Assembly: GCA_964057225.1 (NCBI GenBank)
Contig: OZ059897.1
Location: forward strand, 3,410,001-3,474,000
Length of the DNA: 64,000 bases
Source of the DNA: Auanema rhodensis
Taxonomy: Eukaryota; Animalia; Nematoda
Direction of reading: 5' to 3'
In this document: positions 36,301-50,500 of the stretch, piece by piece
Layout of the letters: every line of letters starts with the position of its first letter
Position numbering within the stretch: position 1 is the stretch's first letter
Notes under the pieces: generated by a model
Seen by the model: the letters and a program-made list of their open reading frames with translations, nothing else
The model's database searches: none
Told to the model about the DNA's origin: nothing
Translations under genes and position numbers: made by a program

Positions 36301-39300
36301 TCGATGCGGATTTTTAAGCTGCGTCGATCTGTGTTATCAGATTTGAGTTAGCTTAAAAATGCACCGAGATATCAACTGATATATGTTCACACTTATATCC
36401 TCGATTTTCACCCTGAAGAAATGATTTTTTCGTTGAAAAAACATTGTCCATCGTCTTTGCCTTAAAAAAAGGAATCTAAAAACATCTACTTTTTGTGAAA
36501 TTATTTAGAAATTTTTCGGGAAAATTTTTGTCAAAATGTTTTTGGAAGCAATGTTGAGTGTACATGGGAACTCAACATACACTAATGCATTATTTTTCAA
36601 ACGATCATAACTTATTTTTGTATAGAGCGTTTCTCAATGTAGTATAGTGCATTCGATGCGGATTTTTAAGCTGCGTCGATCTGTGTTATCCGATTTGAGC
36701 TAGCTTGAAAATGTACCGAGATATCAACTGATATATGTTCACACTTATATCCTCGATTTTCACCCTGAAGAATTTATTTTTTCGTTGAATAACATTGTCC
36801 ATCGTCTTCTCCTTGAAAGAAGGAATCTAAAAACATCTACTTTTTGTGAAATTATTTAGAAATTTTTCGGGAAAATTTTTGTCAAAATGTTTTTGGAAGC
36901 AATGTTGAGTGTACATGGGAACTCAGCATACACTAATGCATTATTTTTCAAACGATAATAACTAATTTTTGTATAGAGCGTTTCTTAATGTAGTAAAGTG
37001 CATTCGATGCGGATTTTTAAGAGATATCAACTGATATATGTTCACACTTATATCCTCGATTTTCACCCTGAAGAAATGATTTTTTCGTTGAAAAAACATT
37101 GTCCATCGTCTTTGCCTTGAAAAAAGGAATCTAAAAACATCTACTTTTTGTGAAATTATTCAGAAATTTTTCGGGAAAATTTTTGTCAAAATGTTTTTGG
37201 AAGCAATGTTGAGTGTACATGGGAACTCAACATACACTAATGCATTATTTTTCAAACGATCATAACTTATTTTTGTATAGAGCGTTTCTCAATGTAGTAA
37301 AGTGCATTCGATGCGGATTTTTAAGCTGCGTCGATCTGTGTTATCCGATTTGAGCTAGCTTGAAAATGTACCGAGATATCAACTGATATATGTTCACACT
37401 TATATCCTCGATTTTCACCCTGAAGAATTTATTTTTTCGTTGAATAACATTGTCCATCGTCTTCTCCTTGAAAGAAGGAATCTAAAAACATCTACTTTTT
37501 GTGAAATTATTTAGAAATTTTTCGGGAAAATTTTTGTCAAAATGTTTTTGGAAGCAATGTTGAGTGTACATGGGAACTCAGCATACACTAATGCATTATT
37601 TTTCAAACGATAATAACTAATTTTTGTATAGAGCGTTTCTTAATGTAGTAAAGTGCATTCGATGCGGATTTTTAAGTTGCGTTGATCTTTGTTATCAGAT
37701 TTGAGTTAGCTTAAAAATGCACCGAGATATCAACTGATATATGTTCACACTTATATCCTCGATTTTCACCCTGAAGAAATAATTTTTTCGTTGAATAACA
37801 TTGTCCATCATCTTCGTCTTGAAAAAAGGAATCTAAAAACATCTACTTTTTGTGAAATTATTTAGAAATTTTTCGGGAAAATTTTTGTCAAAATGTTTTT
37901 GGAAGCAATGTTGAGTGTACATGGGAACTCAACATACACTAATGCATTATTTTTCAAACGATCATAACTAATTTTTGTAAATAGCGTTTCTCGATGTAGT
38001 AAAGTGCATTCGATGCGGATTTTTAAGTGGCGTTGATCTTTGTTATCAGATTTGAGTTAGCTTAAAAATGCACCGAGATATCAACTGATATATGTTCACA
38101 CTTATATCCTCGATTTTCACCCTGAAGAAATGATTTTTTCGTTGAATAACATTGTCCATCATCTTCGTCTTGAAAAAAGGAATCTAAAAACATCTACTTT
38201 TTGTGAAATTATTTAGAAATTTTTCGGGAAAATTTTTGTCAAAATGTTTTTGGAAGCAATGTTGAGTGTACATGGGAACTCAACATACACTAATGCATTA
38301 TTTTTCAAACGATCATAACTAATTTTTGTAAATAGCGTTTCTCGATGTAGTATAGTGCATTCGATGCGGATTTTTAAGCTGCGTCGATCTGTGTTATCAG
38401 ATTTGAGTTAGCTTAAAAATGCACCGAGATATCAACTGATATATGTTCACACTTATATCCTCGATTTTCACCCTGAAGAAATGATTTTTTCGTTGAAAAA
38501 ACATTGTCCATCGTCTTTGCCTTAAAAAAAGGAATCTAAAAACATCTACTTTTTGTGAAATTATTTAGAAATTTTTCGGGAAAATTTTTGTCAAAATGTT
38601 TTTGGAAGCAATGTTGAGTGTACATGGGAACTCAACATACACTAATGCATTATTTTTCGAACGATCATAACTTATTTTTGTATAGAGCGTTTCTCAATGT
38701 AGTATAGTGCATTCGATGCGGATTTTTAAGCTGCGTCGATCTGTGTTATCCGATTTGAGCTAGCTTGAAAATGTACCGAGATATCAACTGATATATGTTC
38801 ACACTTATATCCTCGATTTTCACCCTGAAGAATTTATTTTTTCGTTGAATAACATTGTCCATCGTCTTCTCCTTGAAAGAAGGAATCTAAAAACATCTAC
38901 TTTTTGTGAAATTATTTAGAAATTTTTCGGGAAAATTTTTGTCAAAATGTTTTTGGAAGCAATGTTGAGTGTACATGGGAACTCAGCATACACTAATGCA
39001 TTATTTTTCAAACGATAATAACTAATTTTTGTATAGAGCGTTTCTTAATGTAGTAAAGTGCATTCGATGCGGATTTTTAAGAGATATCAACTGATATATG
39101 TTCACACTTATATCCTCGATTTTCACCCTGAAGAAATGATTTTTTCGTTGAAAAAACATTGTCCATCGTCTTTGCCTTGAAAAAAGGAATCTAAAAACAT
39201 CTACTTTTTGTGAAATTATTCAGAAATTTTTCGGGAAAATTTTTGTCAAAATGTTTTTGGAAGCAATGTTGAGTGTACATGGGAACTCAACATACACTAA

Positions 39301-41800
39301 TGCATTATTTTTCAAACGATCATAACTTATTTTTGTATAGAGCGTTTCTCAATGTAGTAAAGTGCATTCGATGCGGATTTTTAAGCTGCGTCGATCTGTG
39401 TTATCCGATTTGAGCTAGCTTGAAAATGTACCGAGATATCAACTGATATATGTTCACACTTATATCCTCGATTTTCACCCTGAAGAATTTATTTTTTCGT
39501 TGAAAAACATTGTCCATCGTCTTCGTCTTGAAAAAAGGAATCTAAAAACATCTACTTTTTGTGAAATTATTTAGAAATTTTTCAGGAAAATTTTTGTCAA
39601 AATGTTTTTGGAAGCAATGTTGAGTGTACATGGGAACTCAACATACACTAATGCATTATTTTTCAAACGATCATAACTAATTTTTGTATAAAGCGTTTCT
39701 TAATGTAGTATAGTGCATTCGATGCGGATTTTTAAGCTGCGTCGATCTGTGTTATCAGATTTGAGTTAGCTTAAAAATGCACCGAGATATCAACTGATAT
39801 ATGTTCACACTTATATCCTCGATTTTCACCCTGAAGAAATGATTTTTTCGTTGAAAAAACATTGTCCATCGTCTTTGCCTTAAAAAAAGGAATCTAAAAA
39901 CATCTACTTTTTGTGAAATTATTTAGAAATTTTTCGGGAAAATTTTTGTCAAAATGTTTTTGGAAGCAATGTTGAGTGTACATGGGAACTCAACATACAC
40001 TAATGCATTATTTTTCAAACGATCATAACTTATTTTTGTATAGAGCGTTTCTCAATGTAGTATAGTGCATTCGATGCGGATTTTTAAGCTGCGTCGATCT
40101 GTGTTATCCGATTTGAGCTAGCTTGAAAATGTACCGAGATATCAACTGATATATGTTCACACTTATATCCTCGATTTTCACCCTGAAGAATTTATTTTTT
40201 CGTTGAATAACATTGTCCATCGTCTTCTCCTTGAAAGAAGGAATCTAAAAACATCTACTTTTTGTGAAATTATTTAGAAATTTTTCGGGAAAATTTTTGT
40301 CAAAATGTTTTTGGAAGCAATGTTGAGTGTACATGGGAACTCAGCATACACTAATGCATTATTTTTCAAACGATAATAACTAATTTTTGTATAGAGCGTT
40401 TCTTAATGTAGTAAAGTGCATTCGATGCGGATTTTTAAGAGATATCAACTGATATATGTTCACACTTATATCCTCGATTTTCACCCTGAAGAAATGATTT
40501 TTTCGTTGAAAAAACATTGTCCATCGTCTTTGCCTTGAAAAAAGGAATCTAAAAACATCTACTTTTTGTGAAATTATTCAGAAATTTTTCGGGAAAATTT
40601 TTGTCAAAATGTTTTTGGAAGCAATGTTGAGTGTACATGGGAACTCAACATACACTAATGCATTATTTTTCAAACGATCATAACTTATTTTTGTATAGAG
40701 CGTTTCTCAATGTAGTAAAGTGCATTCGATGCGGATTTTTAAGCTGCGTCGATCTGTGTTATCCGATTTGAGCTAGCTTGAAAATGTACCGAGATATCAA
40801 CTGATATATGTTCACACTTATATCCTCGATTTTCACCCTGAAGAATTTATTTTTTCGTTGAATAACATTGTCCATCGTCTTCTCCTTGAAAGAAGGAATC
40901 TAAAAACATCTACTTTTTGTGAAATTATTTAGAAATTTTTCGGGAAAATTTTTGTCAAAATGTTTTTGGAAGCAATGTTGAGTGTACATGGGAACTCAGC
41001 ATACACTAATGCATTATTTTTCAAACGATAATAACTAATTTTTGTATAGAGCGTTTCTTAATGTAGTAAAGTGCATTCGATGCGGATTTTTAAGTTGCGT
41101 TGATCTTTGTTATCAGATTTGAGTTAGCTTAAAAATGCACCGAGATATCAACTGATATATGTTCACACTTATATCCTCGATTTTCACCCTGAAGAAATAA
41201 TTTTTTTGTTGAATAACATTGTCCATCATCTTCGTCTTGAAAAAAGGAATCTAAAAACATCTACTTTTTGTGAAATTATTTAGAAATTTTTCGGGAAAAT
41301 TTTTGTCAAAATGTTTTTGGAAGCAATGTTGAGTGTACATGGGAACTCAACATACACTAATGCATTATTTTTCAAACGATCATAACTAATTTTTGTAAAT
41401 AGCGTTTCTCGATGTAGTAAAGTGCATTCGATGCGGATTTTTAAGTGGCGTTGATCTTTGTTATCAGATTTGAGTTAGCTTAAAAATGCACCGAGATATC
41501 AACTGATATATGTTCACACTTATATCCTCGATTTTCACCCTGAAGAAATGATTTTTTCGTTGAATAACATTGTCCATCATCTTCGTCTTGAAAAAAGGAA
41601 TCTAAAAACATCTACTTTTTGTGAAATTATTTAGAAATTTTTCGGGAAAATTTTTGTCAAAATGTTTTTGGAAGCAATGTTGAGTGTACATGGGAACTCA
41701 ACATACACTAATGCATTATTTTTCAAACGATCATAACTAATTTTTGTAAATAGCGTTTCTCGATGTAGTATAGTGCATTCGATGCGGATTTTTAAGCTGC
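35280..41800 (+). repeat. 10-monomer duplication, lag 3418 bp
   Basis: Deletion junctions 35663/39081 and 37021/40439, and the GAAATAATTT variant at 37781/41199 (10x351-96+4). Confidence 0.85.
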
Positions 41801-44800
41801 GTTGATCTGTGTTATCAGATTTGAGTTAACTTAAAAATGCACCGAGATATCAACTGATATAGGTTCACACGTATATCCTCGATTTTCACCCTGAAGAAAT
41901 GATTTTTTCGTTGAAAAACATTGTCCATCGTCTTCGTCATGAAAAAAGGAATCTAAAAACATCTACTTTTTGTGAAATTATTCAGAAAAGTTTCGGGAAA
42001 ATTTTTGTCAAAATGCTTTTGGAAGCAATGTTGAGTGTACATGGGAACTCAACATACACTAATGAATTATTTTTCAAACGATCATAACTTATTTTTGTTT
42101 AGAGCGTTTCTCAATGTAGTATAGTGCATTCGATGCGGATTTTTAAGCTGCGTTGATCTGTGTTATCCGATTTGAGCTAGCTTGAAAATGTACCGAGATA
42201 TCAACTGATATATGTTCACACTTATATCTTCGATTTTCACCCTGAAGAATTTATTTTTTCGTTGAATAACATTGTCCATCGTCTTCGCCTTGAAAGAAGG
42301 AATCTAAAAACATCTACTTTTTGTGAAATTATTTAGAAATTTTTCGGGAAAATTTTTGTCAAAATGTTTTTGGAAGCAATGTTGAGTGTACATGGGAACT
42401 CAGCATACACTAATGCATTATTTTTCAAACGATAATAACTAATTTTTGTATAGAGCGTTTCTCAATGTAGTATAGTGCATTCGATGCGAATTTTTAAGTT
42501 GCGTTGATCTGTGTTATCAGATTTGAGTTAGCTTAAAAATGCACCGAGATATCAACTGATATATGTTCACACTTATATCCTCGATTTTCACCCTGAAGAA
42601 ATGATTTTTTCGTTGAAAAAACATTGTCCATCGTCTTTGCCTTGAAAAAAGGAATCTAAAAACATCTACTTTTTGTGAATTTATTCAGAAATTTTTCGGG
42701 AAAATTTTTGTCAAAATGTTTTTGGAAGCAATGTTGAGTGTACATGGGAACTCAACATACACTAATGCATTATTTTTCAAACGATCATAACTTATTTTTG
42801 TATAGAGCTTTTCTCAATGTAGTATAGTGCATTCGATGCGGATTTTTAAGCTGCGTCGATCTGTGTTATCCGATTTGAGCTAGCTTAAAAATGCACCGAG
42901 ATATCAACTGATATATGTTCACACTTATATCCTCGATTTTCACCCTGAAGAAATGATTTTTTGGTTGAAAAACATTGTCCATCGTCTTCGTCTTGAAAAA
43001 AGGAATCTAAAAACATCTACTTTTTGTGAAATTATTTAGAAATTTTTCAGGAAAATTTTTGTCAAAATGTTTTTGGAAGCAATGTTGAGTGTACATGGGA
43101 ACTCAACATACACTAATGCATTATTTTTCAAACGATCATAACTAATTTTTGTATAAAGCGTTTCTTAATGTAGTATAGTGCATTCGATGCGGATTTTTAA
43201 GCTGCGTCGATCTGTGTTATCAGATTTGAGTTAGCTTAAAAATGCACCGAGATATCAACTGATATATGTTCACACTTATATCCTCGATTTTCACCCTGAA
43301 GAAATGATTTTTTCGTTGAAAAAACATTGTCCATCGTCTTTGCCTTAGAAAAAGGAATCTAAAAACATCTACTTTTTGTGAAATTATTTAGAAATTTTTC
43401 GGGAAAATTTTTGTCAAAATGTTTTTGGAAGCAATGTTGAGTGTACATGGGAACTCAACATACACTAATGCATTATTTTTCAAACGATCATAACTTATTT
43501 TTGTATAGAGCGTTTCTCAATGTAGTATAGTGCATTCGATGCGGATTTTTAAGCTGCGTCGATCTGTGTTATCCGATTTGAGCTAGCTTGAAAATGTACC
43601 GAGATATCAACTGATATATGTTCACACTTATATCCTCGATTTTCACCCTGAAGAATTTATTTTTTCGTTGAATAACATTGTCCATCGTCTTCTCCTTGAA
43701 AGAAGGAATCTAAAAACATCTACTTTTTGTGAAATTATTTAGAAATTTTTCGGGAAAATTTTTGTCAAAATGTTTTTGGAAGCAATGTTGAGTGTACATG
43801 GGAACTCAGCATACACTAATGCATTATTTTTCAAACGATAATAACTAATTTTTGTATAGAGCGTTTCTTAATGTAGTAAAGTGCATTCGATGCGGATTTT
43901 TAAGAGATATCAACTGATATATGTTCACACTTATATCCTCGATTTTCACCCTGAAGAAATGATTTTTTCGTTGAAAAAACATTGTCCATCGTCTTTGCCT
44001 TGAAAAAAGGAATCTAAAAACATCTACTTTTTGTGAAATTATTCAGAAATTTTTCGGGAAAATTTTTGTCAAAATGTTTTTGGAAGCAATGTTGAGTGTA
44101 CATGGGAACTCAACATACACTAATGCATTATTTTTCAAACGATCATAACTTATTTTTGTATAGAGCGTTTCTCAATGTAGTAAAGTGCATTCGATGCGGA
44201 TTTTTAAGCTGCGTCGATCTGTGTTATCCGATTTGAGCTAGCTTGAAAATGTACCGAGATATCAACTGATATATGTTCACACTTATATCCTCGATTTTCA
44301 CCCTGAAGAATTTATTTTTTCGTTGAATAACATTGTCCATCGTCTTCTTCTTGAAAGAAGGAATTTAAAAACATCTACTTTTTGTGAAATTATTTAGAAA
44401 TTTTTCGGGAAAATTTTTGTCAAAATGTTTTTGGAAGCAATGTTGAGTGTACATGGGAACTCAGCATACACTAATGCATTATTTTTCAAACGATAATAAC
44501 TAATTTTTGTATAGAGCGTTTCTTAATGTAGTAAAGTGCATTCGATGCGGATTTTTAAGTTGCGTTGATCTTTGTTATCAGATTTGAGTTAACTTAAAAA
44601 TGCACCGAGATATCAACTGATATATGTTCACACTTATATCCTCGATTTTCACCCTGAAGAAATGATTTTTTCGTTGAAAAAACATTGTCCATCGTCTTTG
44701 CCTTGAAAAAAGGAATCTAAAAACATCTACTTTTTGTGAAATTATTTAGAAATTTTTCGGGAAAATTTTTGTCAAAATGTTTTTGGAAGCAATGTTGAGT

Positions 44801-47529
44801 GTACATGGGAACTCAGCATACACTAATGCATTATTTTTCAAACGATAATAACTAATTTTTGTATAGAGCGTTTCTTAATGTAGTAAAGTGCATTCGATGC
44901 GGATTTTTAAGAGATATCAACTGATATATGTTCACACTTATATCCTCGATTTTCACCCTGAAGAAATGATTTTTTCGTTGAAAAAACATTGTCCATCGTC
45001 TTTGCCTTGAAAAAAGGAATCTAAAAACATCTACTTTTTGTGAAATTATTCAGAAATTTTTCGGGAAAATTTTTGTCAAAATGTTTTTGGAAGCAATGTT
45101 GAGTGTACATGGGAACTCAACATACACTAATGCATTATTTTTCAAACGATCATAACTTATTTTTGTATAGAGCGTTTCTCAATGTAGTAAAGTGCATTCG
45201 ATGCGGATTTTTAAGCTGCGTCGATCTGTGTTATCCGATTTGAGCTAGCTTGAAAATGTACCGAGATATCAACTGATATATGTTCACACTTATATCCTCG
45301 ATTTTCACCCTGAAGAATTTATTTTTTCGTTGAATAACATTGTCCATCGTCTTCTCCTTGAAAGAAGGAATCTAAAAACATCTACTTTTTGTGAAATTAT
45401 TTAGAAATTTTTCGGGAAAATTTTTGTCAAAATGTTTTTGGAAGCAATGTTGAGTGTACATGGGAACTCAGCATACACTAATGCATTATTTTTCAAACGA
45501 TAATAACTAATTTTTGTATAGAGCGTTTCTTAATGTAGTAAAGTGCATTCGATGCGGATTTTTAAGAGATATCAACTGATATATGTTCACACTTATATCC
45601 TCGATTTTCACCCTGAAGAAATGATTTTTTCGTTGAAAAAACATTGTCCATCGTCTTTGCCTTGAAAAAAGGAATCTAAAAACATCTACTTTTTGTGAAA
45701 TTATTCAGAAATTTTTCGGGAAAATTTTTGTCAAAATGTTTTTGGAAGCAATGTTGAGTGTACATGGGAACTCAACATACACTAATGCATTATTTTTCAA
45801 ACGATCATAACTTATTTTTGTATAGAGCGTTTCTCAATGTAGTAAAGTGCATTCGATGCGGATTTTTAAGCTGCGTTGATCTGTGTTATCCGATTTGAGC
45901 TAGCTTGAAAATGTACCGAGATATCAACTGATATAGGTTCACACTTATATCCTCGATTTTCACCCTGAAGAATTAATTTTTTCGTTGAATAACATTGTCC
46001 ATCGTATTCGTCTTGAAAAAAGGAATCTAAAAACATCTACTTTTTGTGAAATTATTTAGAAATTTTTCGGGAAAATTTTTGTCAAAATGTTTTTGGAAGC
46101 AATGTTGAGTGTACATGGGAACTCAACATACACTAATGCATTATTTTTCAAACGATTATAACTTATTTTTGTATAGAGCGTTTCTTAATGTAGTAAAGTG
46201 CATTCGATGCGGATTTTTAAGAGATATCAACTGATATATGTTCACACTTATATCCTCGATTTTCACCCTGAAGAAATGATTTTTTCGTTGAAAAAACATT
46301 GTCCATCGTCTTTGCCTTGAAAAAAGGAATCTAAAAACATCTACTTTTTGTGAAATTATTCAGAAATTTTTCGGGAAAATTTTTGTCAAAATGTTTTTGG
46401 AAGCAATGTTGAGTGTACATGGGAACTCAACATACACTAATGCATTATTTTTCAAACGATCATAACTTATTTTTGTATAGAGCGTTTCTCAATGTAGTAA
46501 AGTGCATTCGATGCGGATTTTTAAGCTGCGTCGATCTGTGTTATCCGATTTGAGCTAGCTTGAAAATGTACCGAGATATCAACTGATATATGTTCACACT
46601 TATATCCTCGATTTTCACCCTGAAGAATTTATTTTTTCGTTGAATAACATTGTCCATCGTCTTCTCCTTGAAAGAAAGAATCTAAAAACATCTACTTTTT
46701 GTGAAATTATTTAGAAATTTTTCGGGAAAATTTTTGTCAAAATGTTTTTGGAAGCAATGTTGAGTGTACATGGGAACTCAGCATACACTAATGCATTATT
46801 TTTCAAACGATAATAACTAATTTTTGTATAGAGCGTTTCTTAATGTAGTAAAGTGCATTCGATGCGGATTTTTAAGTTGCGTTGATCTTTGTTATCAGAT
46901 TTGAGTTAGCTTAAAAATGCACCGAGATATCAACTGATATATGTTCACACTTATATCCTCGATTTTCACCCTGAAGAAATAATTTTTTCGTTGAATAACA
47001 TTGTCCATCATCTTCGTCTTGAAAAAAGGAATCTAAAAACATCTACTTTTTGTGAAATTATTTAGAAATTTTTCGGGAAAATTTTTGTCAAAATGTTTTT
47101 GGAAGCAATGTTGAGTGTACATGGGAACTCAGCATACACTAATGCATTATTTTTCAAACGATAATAACTAATTTCTGTATAGAGCGTTTGTTAATGCAGT
47201 AAAGTGCATTCGATGCGGATTTTTAAGTTGCGTTGATCTTTGTTATCAGATTTGAGTTAGCTTAAAAATGCACCGAGATATCAACTGATATATGTTCACA
47301 CTTATATCCTCGATTTTCACCCTGAAGAAATAATTTTTTCGTTGAATAACATTGTCCATCATCTTCGTCTTGAAAAAAGGAATCTAAAAACATCTACTTT
47401 TTGTGAAATTATTTAGAAATTTTTCGGGAAAATTTTTGTCAAAATGTTTTTGGAAGCAATGTTGAGTGTACATGGGAACTCAACATACACTAATGCATTA
47501 TTTTTCAAACGATCATAACTAATTTTTGT

Positions 47530-50500
47530 AAATAGCGTTTCTCGATGTAGTAAAGTGCATTCGATGCGGATTTTTAAGTGGCGTTGATCTTTGTTATCAG
47601 ATTTGAGTTAGCTTAAAAATGCACCGAGATATCAACTGATATATGTTCACACTTATATCCTCGATTTTCACCCTGAAGAAATGATTTTTTCGTTGAATAA
47701 CATTGTCCATCATCTTCGTCTTGAAAAAAGGAATCTAAAAACATCTACTTTTTGTGAAATTATTTAGAAATTTTTCGGGAAAATTTTTGTCAAAATGTTT
47801 TTGGAAGCAATGTTGAGTGTACATGGGAACTCAACATACACTAATGCATTATTTTTCAAACGATCATAACTAATTTTTGTAAATAGCGTTTCTCGATGTA
47901 GTATAGTGCATTCGATGCGGATTTTTAAGCTGCGTTGATCTGTGTTATCAGATTTGAGTTAACTTAAAAATGCACCGAGATATCAACTGATATAGGTTCA
48001 CACGTATATCCTCGATTTTCACCCTGAAGAAATGATTTTTTCGTTGAAAAACATTGTCCATCGTCTTCGTCATGAAAAAAGGAATCTAAAAACATCTACT
48101 TTTTGTGAAATTATTCAGAAAAGTTTCGGGAAAATTTTTGTCAAAATGTTTTTGGAAGCAATGTTGAGTGTACATGGGAACTCAACATACACTAATGAAT
48201 TATTTTTCAAACGATCATAACTTATTTTTGTTTAGAGCGTTTCTCAATGTAGTATAGTGCATTCGATGCGGATTTTTAAGCTGCGTTGATCTGTGTTATC
48301 CGATTTGAGCTAGCTTGAAAATGTACCGAGATATCAACTGATATATGTTCACACTTATATCTTCGATTTTCACCCTGAAGAAGTTATTTTTTCGTTGAAT
48401 AACATTGTCCATCGTCTTCGCCTTGAAAAAAGAAATCTAAAAACATCTACTTTTTGTGAAATTATTCAGAAAATTTTCGGGAAAATTTTTGTCAAAATGT
48501 TTTTGGAAGCAATGTTGAGTGTACATGGGAACTCAACATACACTAATGCATTATTTTTCAAACGATCATAACTTATTTTTGTATAGAGCGTTTCTCAATG
48601 TAGTAAAGTGCATTCGATGCGGATTTTTAAGCTGCGTTGATCTGTGTTATCCGATTTGAGCTAGCTTGAAAATGTACCGAGATATCAACTGATATATGTT
48701 CACACTTATATCCTCGATTTTCACCCTGAAGAATTTATTTTTTCGTTGAATAACATTGTCCATCGTCTTCTCCTTGAAAGAAGAAATCTAAAAACATCTA
48801 CTTTTTGTGAAATTATTTAGAAATTTTTCGGGAAAATTTTTGTCAAAATGTTTTTGGAAGCAATGTTGAGTGTACATGGGAACTCAGCATACACTAATGC
48901 ATTATTTTTCAAACGATAATAACTAATTTTTGTATAGAGCGTTTCTTAATGTAGTAAAGTGCATTCGATGCGGATTTTTAAGAGATATCAACTGATATAT
49001 GTTCACACTTATATCCTCGATTTTCACCCTGAAGAAATGATTTTTTCGTTGAAAAAACATTGTCCATCGTCTTTGCCTTGAAAAAAGGAATCTAAAAACA
49101 TCTACTTTTTGTGAAATTATTCAGAAATTTTTCGGGAAAATTTTTGTCAAAATGTTTTTGGAAGCAATGTTGAGTGTACATGGGAACTCAGCATACACTA
49201 ATGCATTATTTTTCAAACGATAATAACTAATTTTTGTATAGAGCGTTTCTTAATGTAGTAAAGTGCATTCGATGCGGATTTTTAAGAGATATCAACTGAT
49301 ATATGTTCACACTTATATCCTCGATTTTCACCCTGAAGAAATGATTTTTTCGTTGAAAAAACATTGTCCATCGTCTTTGCCTTGAAAAAAGGAATCTAAA
49401 AACATCTACTTTTTGTGAAATTATTCAGAAATTTTTCGGGAAAATTTTTGTCAAAATGTTTTTGGAAGCAATGTTGAGTGTACATGGGAACTCAACATAC
49501 ACTAATGCATTATTTTTCAAACGATCATAACTTATTTTTGTATAGAGCGTTTCTCAATGTAGTAAAGTGCATTCGATGCGGATTTTTAAGCTGCGTCGAT
49601 CTGTGTTATCCGATTTGAGCTAGCTTGAAAATGTACCGAGATATCAACTGATATATGTTCACACTTATATCCTCGATTTTCACCCTGAAGAATTTATTTT
49701 TTCGTTGAATAACATTGTCCATCGTCTTCTCCTTGAAAGAAGGAATCTAAAAACATCTACTTTTTGTGAAATTATTTAGAAATTTTTCGGGAAAATTTTT
49801 GTCAAAATGTTTTTGGAAGCAATGTTGAGTGTACATGGGAACTCAGCATACACTAATGCATTATTTTTCAAACGATAATAACTAATTTTTGTATAGAGCG
49901 TTTCTTAATGTAGTAAAGTGCATTCGATGCGGATTTTTAAGTTGCGTTGATCTTTGTTATCAGATTTGAGTTAGCTTAAAAATGCACCGAGATATCAACT
50001 GATATATGTTCACACTTATATCCTCGATTTTCACCCTGAAGAAATAATTTTTTCGTTGAATAACATTGTCCATCATCTTCGTCTTGAAAAAAGGAATCTA
50101 AAAACATCTACTTTTTGTGAAATTATTTAGAAATTTTTCGGGAAAATTTTTGTCAAAATGTTTTTGGAAGCAATGTTGAGTGTACATGGGAACTCAACAT
50201 ACACTAATGCATTATTTTTCAAACGATCATAACTAATTTTTGTAAATAGCGTTTCTCGATGTAGTAAAGTGCATTCGATGCGGATTTTTAAGTGGCGTTG
50301 ATCTTTGTTATCAGATTTGAGTTAGCTTAAAAATGCACCGAGATATCAACTGATATATGTTCACACTTATATCCTCGATTTTCACCCTGAAGAAATGATT
50401 TTTTCGTTGAATAACATTGTCCATCATCTTCGTCTTGAAAAAAGGAATCTAAAAACATCTACTTTTTGTGAAATTATTTAGAAATTTTTCGGGAAAATTT